In this document: positions 56,734 to 59,870 of the stretch, piece by piece
How the letters are laid out: each line of letters opens with the position of its first letter
Numbering within the stretch: position 1 is the first letter of the stretch
DNA from: Candidatus Methylacidiphilales bacterium
Lineage (GTDB): Bacteria > Verrucomicrobiota > Verrucomicrobiia > Methylacidiphilales > Verrucolacustridaceae
Length of the DNA stretch: 59,870 nucleotides
Reading direction: 5' to 3'
Assembly: GCA_040397305.1 (NCBI GenBank)
Contig: JBBAWG010000004.1
Location: forward strand, 1 to 59,870
Made by a program: the position numbers and the translations under genes
Notes under the pieces: model-generated
Told to the model about the DNA's origin: nothing
The model's input: only the letters and a program-made list of their open reading frames with translations
Databases searched by the model: none

Positions 56734-56850
56734 ATGGAAGGAGGGTGGCAGCTGGCGGCGGTGGTTGTGACGGTGCTGGGGGCGGTGGGCTATCTCGTCT
56801 GGAAAATTTTCAGAAAGGGAGGAGGAAAGGGGTGCGGGAAGTGTTCCTAA
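56734..56850 (+). CDS. FeoB-associated Cys-containing small membrane protein (38 aa), not in ORF track
   Basis: MEGGWQLAAVVVTVLGAVGYLVWKIFRKGGGKGCGKCS, 1 nt after the feoB stop. Confidence 0.75.
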   Translation: MEGGWQLAAVVVTVLGAVGYLVWKIFRKGGGKGCGKCS

Positions 56851-56890
56851 AAAGGTTTTTTCGCCCTCCGGTCGGGATTAAAATTTCCGG

Positions 56891-58687
56891 GTGACCAAAC
56901 TTTCGGCCATTCCGGCGACGGATCGTCTGGGCCGCCACCAGCCTGCCAACGAGCACGTCCTGCCCTGGGTACGGGAAGTGACGGAGCTGACCCAGCCCGA
57001 GAATGTCTTTTGGTGTGACGGCTCCGAGGCCGAGAAGGAGTACCTTACCGAACAGGCGGTGAAGCAAGGGGTGCTCCTCCCCCTCGACCCGAAAAAGTGG
57101 CCCCGCTGTTACTACCACCACTCCAATCCCAACGACGTGGCGCGGGTCGAGCACTGTACCTACGTCTGCACCCGGCGCGAAAAGGAGGCCGGCCCCACCA
57201 ACAACTGGATGGAGCCGAAGGCGATGCGGCAAAAGCTGCGGGGGATGCTCGCTGGCGGGATGAAGGGACGCACCCTGTTCGTCATCCCGTATCTGATGGG
57301 GCCGCCGGGTTCGCCGCTCGCCAAGGTCGGGGTGGAACTGACCGATTCCGTCTACGTCGTCCTGAGCATGCGGATCATGACGCGGATGGGGAAGGTGGCT
57401 TGGGACCATTTGGGGAAAACAGAGGAGTTCAACCGGGGCACGCATTCCGTGTTGGACTGCAACCCCGAGCGGCGGTTCATCGCCCATTTCCCCGAGGCTA
57501 ACGAGATCATCTCGGTGGGTTCGGGGTACGGCGGCAACGCCCTGCTCGGGAAAAAGTGCCTCGCGCTGCGGATCGCCTCCTTCCTGGGGCGTGACGAGGG
57601 TTGGCTGGCTGAGCACATGCTGGTGCTGGGGGTAGAGGAGCCGAACGGAAGGAAGAGCTATGTGGCCGCAGCGTTCCCCTCCGCCTGCGGGAAGACCAAC
57701 TTTGCCATGATGATCCCGCCCAAGTCCTACAAGGGTTGGAAGATCACCACGATCGGGGACGACATTGCCTGGATGAAGACCGGGCCCACCGGCCGGCTGC
57801 ATGCGATCAATCCCGAGAACGGATATTTCGGGGTGGTGCCCGGGACCAACGAGAAGTCCAACCCCAATGCCATGAAGATCATGGCCCACGACACCATCTT
57901 CACCAACGTGGCGCGGACTCCGGACGGCGACCTCTGGTGGGAGGGGAAGGACAATCCGCCTCCGCCCAACCTGATCGACTGGAAGGGTAATCCATGGAAT
58001 CCGGCGAGCGGGGAGAAAGCGGCCCATCCCAACAGCCGTTTCACGGCGCCGATGGCCAACAACCCGGCGCTGGCTCCGGAGGTCAACGATCCGGAGGGAG
58101 TGCCGATCAACGCGATCATCTTCGGGGGGCGTCGGGCCTCGACCATTCCGCTGATTTTCCAGGCCTTCAGCTGGTTCCACGGCGTGTTTGTGGGAGCGTC
58201 GATGGGATCGGAGATGACGGCAGCGGCGGTGGGCGGCCACGGCCAGGTGCGCGGCGACCCCATGGCGATGCTGCCCTTCTGCGGTTACAACATGGGCGAC
58301 TATTTTGATCACTGGATGGAGATGCGGAAGCTGATCAAGATCCTGCCCCGGATCTTCCACGTGAACTGGTTCCGGAAGGATGCCGAGGGAAAGTTCTACT
58401 GGCCCGGTTTTGGGGAGAACATGCGGGTGTTGGAATGGATCGTAGGCCGGTGCCACGGGCATGCGGATGCGCGGGAGGGATCAATTGGCTGGGTGCCCCG
58501 CTTTGAGGATATCAACACGGAGGGACTCGAGGGGATGACGCGGGAACGGTTTGCCGAGATGATGAAGATCGACCCGGACGAGTGGCGGCGGGAGCTGGTG
58601 TTCCAAAACGAGCTTTTCATCAAGATTTACCACGAACTGCCCAAGGAACTGATTTACCAGCGGGAGCTTCTGATTGCCCGCCTCTGA
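56891..58687 (+). CDS. pckG: Phosphoenolpyruvate carboxykinase (GTP)
   Basis: DVARVE, GSGYGGNALLGKKC, EHM, FPSACGKTN, GDDIAW, HPNSRF. Confidence 0.96.
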   Translation: MTKLSAIPATDRLGRHQPANEHVLPWVREVTELTQPENVFWCDGSEAEKEYLTEQAVKQGVLLPLDPKKWPRCYYHHSNPNDVARVEHCTYVCTRREKEAGPTNNWMEPKAMRQKLRGMLAGGMKGRTLFVIPYLMGPPGSPLAKVGVELTDSVYVVLSMRIMTRMGKVAWDHLGKTEEFNRGTHSVLDCNPERRFIAHFPEANEIISVGSGYGGNALLGKKCLALRIASFLGRDEGWLAEHMLVLGVEEPNGRKSYVAAAFPSACGKTNFAMMIPPKSYKGWKITTIGDDIAWMKTGPTGRLHAINPENGYFGVVPGTNEKSNPNAMKIMAHDTIFTNVARTPDGDLWWEGKDNPPPPNLIDWKGNPWNPASGEKAAHPNSRFTAPMANNPALAPEVNDPEGVPINAIIFGGRRASTIPLIFQAFSWFHGVFVGASMGSEMTAAAVGGHGQVRGDPMAMLPFCGYNMGDYFDHWMEMRKLIKILPRIFHVNWFRKDAEGKFYWPGFGENMRVLEWIVGRCHGHADAREGSIGWVPRFEDINTEGLEGMTRERFAEMMKIDPDEWRRELVFQNELFIKIYHELPKELIYQRELLIARL

Positions 58688-59870
58688 CGACAGTTCTGCG
58701 CCCAAAGGCCATTCGCCCTGGTGGGTGTTGGCGGGCTTGGGGGCGGGGATCGCCACGGGGCTGGGGTTACGGGTGTGGCATCCTGCTGCGGGACCGTTTT
58801 TGCAGGCGTGGATCGAACCGTGGGGGGAACTTTTCCTGCGGTTGCTGTTTCTTTTGGTTATTCCGGTACTGCTGACCGCGTTGCCGCTGGGGATCGCCTC
58901 GGCAGGGAGTCTGCTCAAGCTCGGTCGGACGGCTCTCATCGCCTTACTGATGGCTTTGGCGCTGGGGGTGAGCAGCGTGCTGGTGGCGTTGGCGCTGGTG
59001 AATATCACCCAGCCCGGAAAGACCATGGCCGCGAAGGTGCCGCCGGCGGAGGAGCTGGCGATGGAGGGAAGTGCGAGCTGGCTGGCCCGGGCGGTGGATT
59101 GGATTCCCGGAAATCCTTTCGGCCTTCTGGCCGGATGGATGGGGTGGGCTTCGGCCGCGAAGATGATGCTGGCGATCCTGGGGCTGGCGTTGGCGTGGGG
59201 GCTGGTGCTGCTGTTGTTGCCGGAGGGGAAGGGGGGATGGCTGAGGTCGACCTGGGAGCGGGTGTTTGAAGTCTGCATGCAGCTGATCGGGGCGCTGATC
59301 CGCTGGGCGCCTTGGGCGGTGTTCTGCCTGACCTGCATGTCCTTTTTCCGGACGGGGCCGGAGCTGTTGGGATATCTGGGAACGTTTGTGTTCACGGTGG
59401 TATTGGCACTGGGGGTGCAGGCGTTCGGGGTCTATCCGCTGCTGTTGAAGTTTCTGGCCAGGTACGATCTGGGAAAGTTTTGGCGGGGGATCCGGGAGCC
59501 GGTCTCCACCGCCTTTGCCACGGCCTCGAGCAACGCGACGTTGGCGGTTTCGCTGCGGGCGGCGGAAGGTCCGCTGGAGATGAGGCCGGAGGTAAGCCGG
59601 TTTGTGCTGACGGCGGGGGCGAGCACCAACCAGAACGGGACGGCGCTTTATGAGGGCGTGACGGTCATCTTTCTCGCGCAGGCGGCGGGGGTGGATCTGA
59701 GTCTTTCGCAGCAGGCGGTGGTGGCGGGTTGGGCGTTGATTGCCAGCATGGGGACGGCGGGGGTTCCGGGCGGGACATTGCCGCTGATCGCGGCCGTGCT
59801 GGCCTCGCTGGGAGTGGATCCGGAAAAGACGGGCGTGGGGATCGCGCTGATCCTGGGGGTGGACCGGTTT
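58674..59870 (+). CDS. Dicarboxylate/amino acid:cation symporter (DAACS), 3'-truncated by window; not in ORF track
   Basis: TTG start, frame open to the window end; GELFLRLL, AFATASSNATL, GASTNQNGTALYEG, GTAGVPG, GVDRF. Confidence 0.9.
   Translation, partial: MPASDDSSAPKGHSPWWVLAGLGAGIATGLGLRVWHPAAGPFLQAWIEPWGELFLRLLFLLVIPVLLTALPLGIASAGSLLKLGRTALIALLMALALGVSSVLVALALVNITQPGKTMAAKVPPAEELAMEGSASWLARAVDWIPGNPFGLLAGWMGWASAAKMMLAILGLALAWGLVLLLLPEGKGGWLRSTWERVFEVCMQLIGALIRWAPWAVFCLTCMSFFRTGPELLGYLGTFVFTVVLALGVQAFGVYPLLLKFLARYDLGKFWRGIREPVSTAFATASSNATLAVSLRAAEGPLEMRPEVSRFVLTAGASTNQNGTALYEGVTVIFLAQAAGVDLSLSQQAVVAGWALIASMGTAGVPGGTLPLIAAVLASLGVDPEKTGVGIALILGVDRF

Overview
This is a GC-rich bacterial chromosomal segment, most likely from Verrucomicrobiota. 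That assignment is an inference from a PEP-CTERM protein, FecR-like secreted proteins, a DUF5069 protein, a C-terminal 'RRFMRL' domain and periodic intergenic repeats. Most genes are housekeeping: an opp/dpp ABC peptide transporter, iscA-like, CPA2 K+ antiporter, OGG glycosylase, phoH-HD-ybeY, thiL-tsaE-tsaB-alr, crtI, ileS-lspA, hisH, cyclophilin, ygfZ, tadA, RluA, ABC-SCO-DUF420, feoAB, GTP-PEPCK and a DAACS symporter. Accessory pieces include vapBC, a DUF4239 gene, a FecR-like pair and a 1694-aa modular GH13 enzyme. No rRNA, tRNA, CRISPR array or transposase was seen. The best candidate for an undescribed system is a gene pair at 21446-24420 that looks like a MotA/ExbB + MotB/ExbD-type ion-channel motor. 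Its B subunit carries a long coiled-coil stalk and a degenerate trypsin-like head, and the pair is translationally coupled to alr. Other signals are GTAG-REP hairpins with covarying stems, 6/7/8-nt periodic intergenic repeats (the 7-mers bracket accessory genes), widespread leaderless promoters, and three small ORFs absent from or mis-started in the ORF track.
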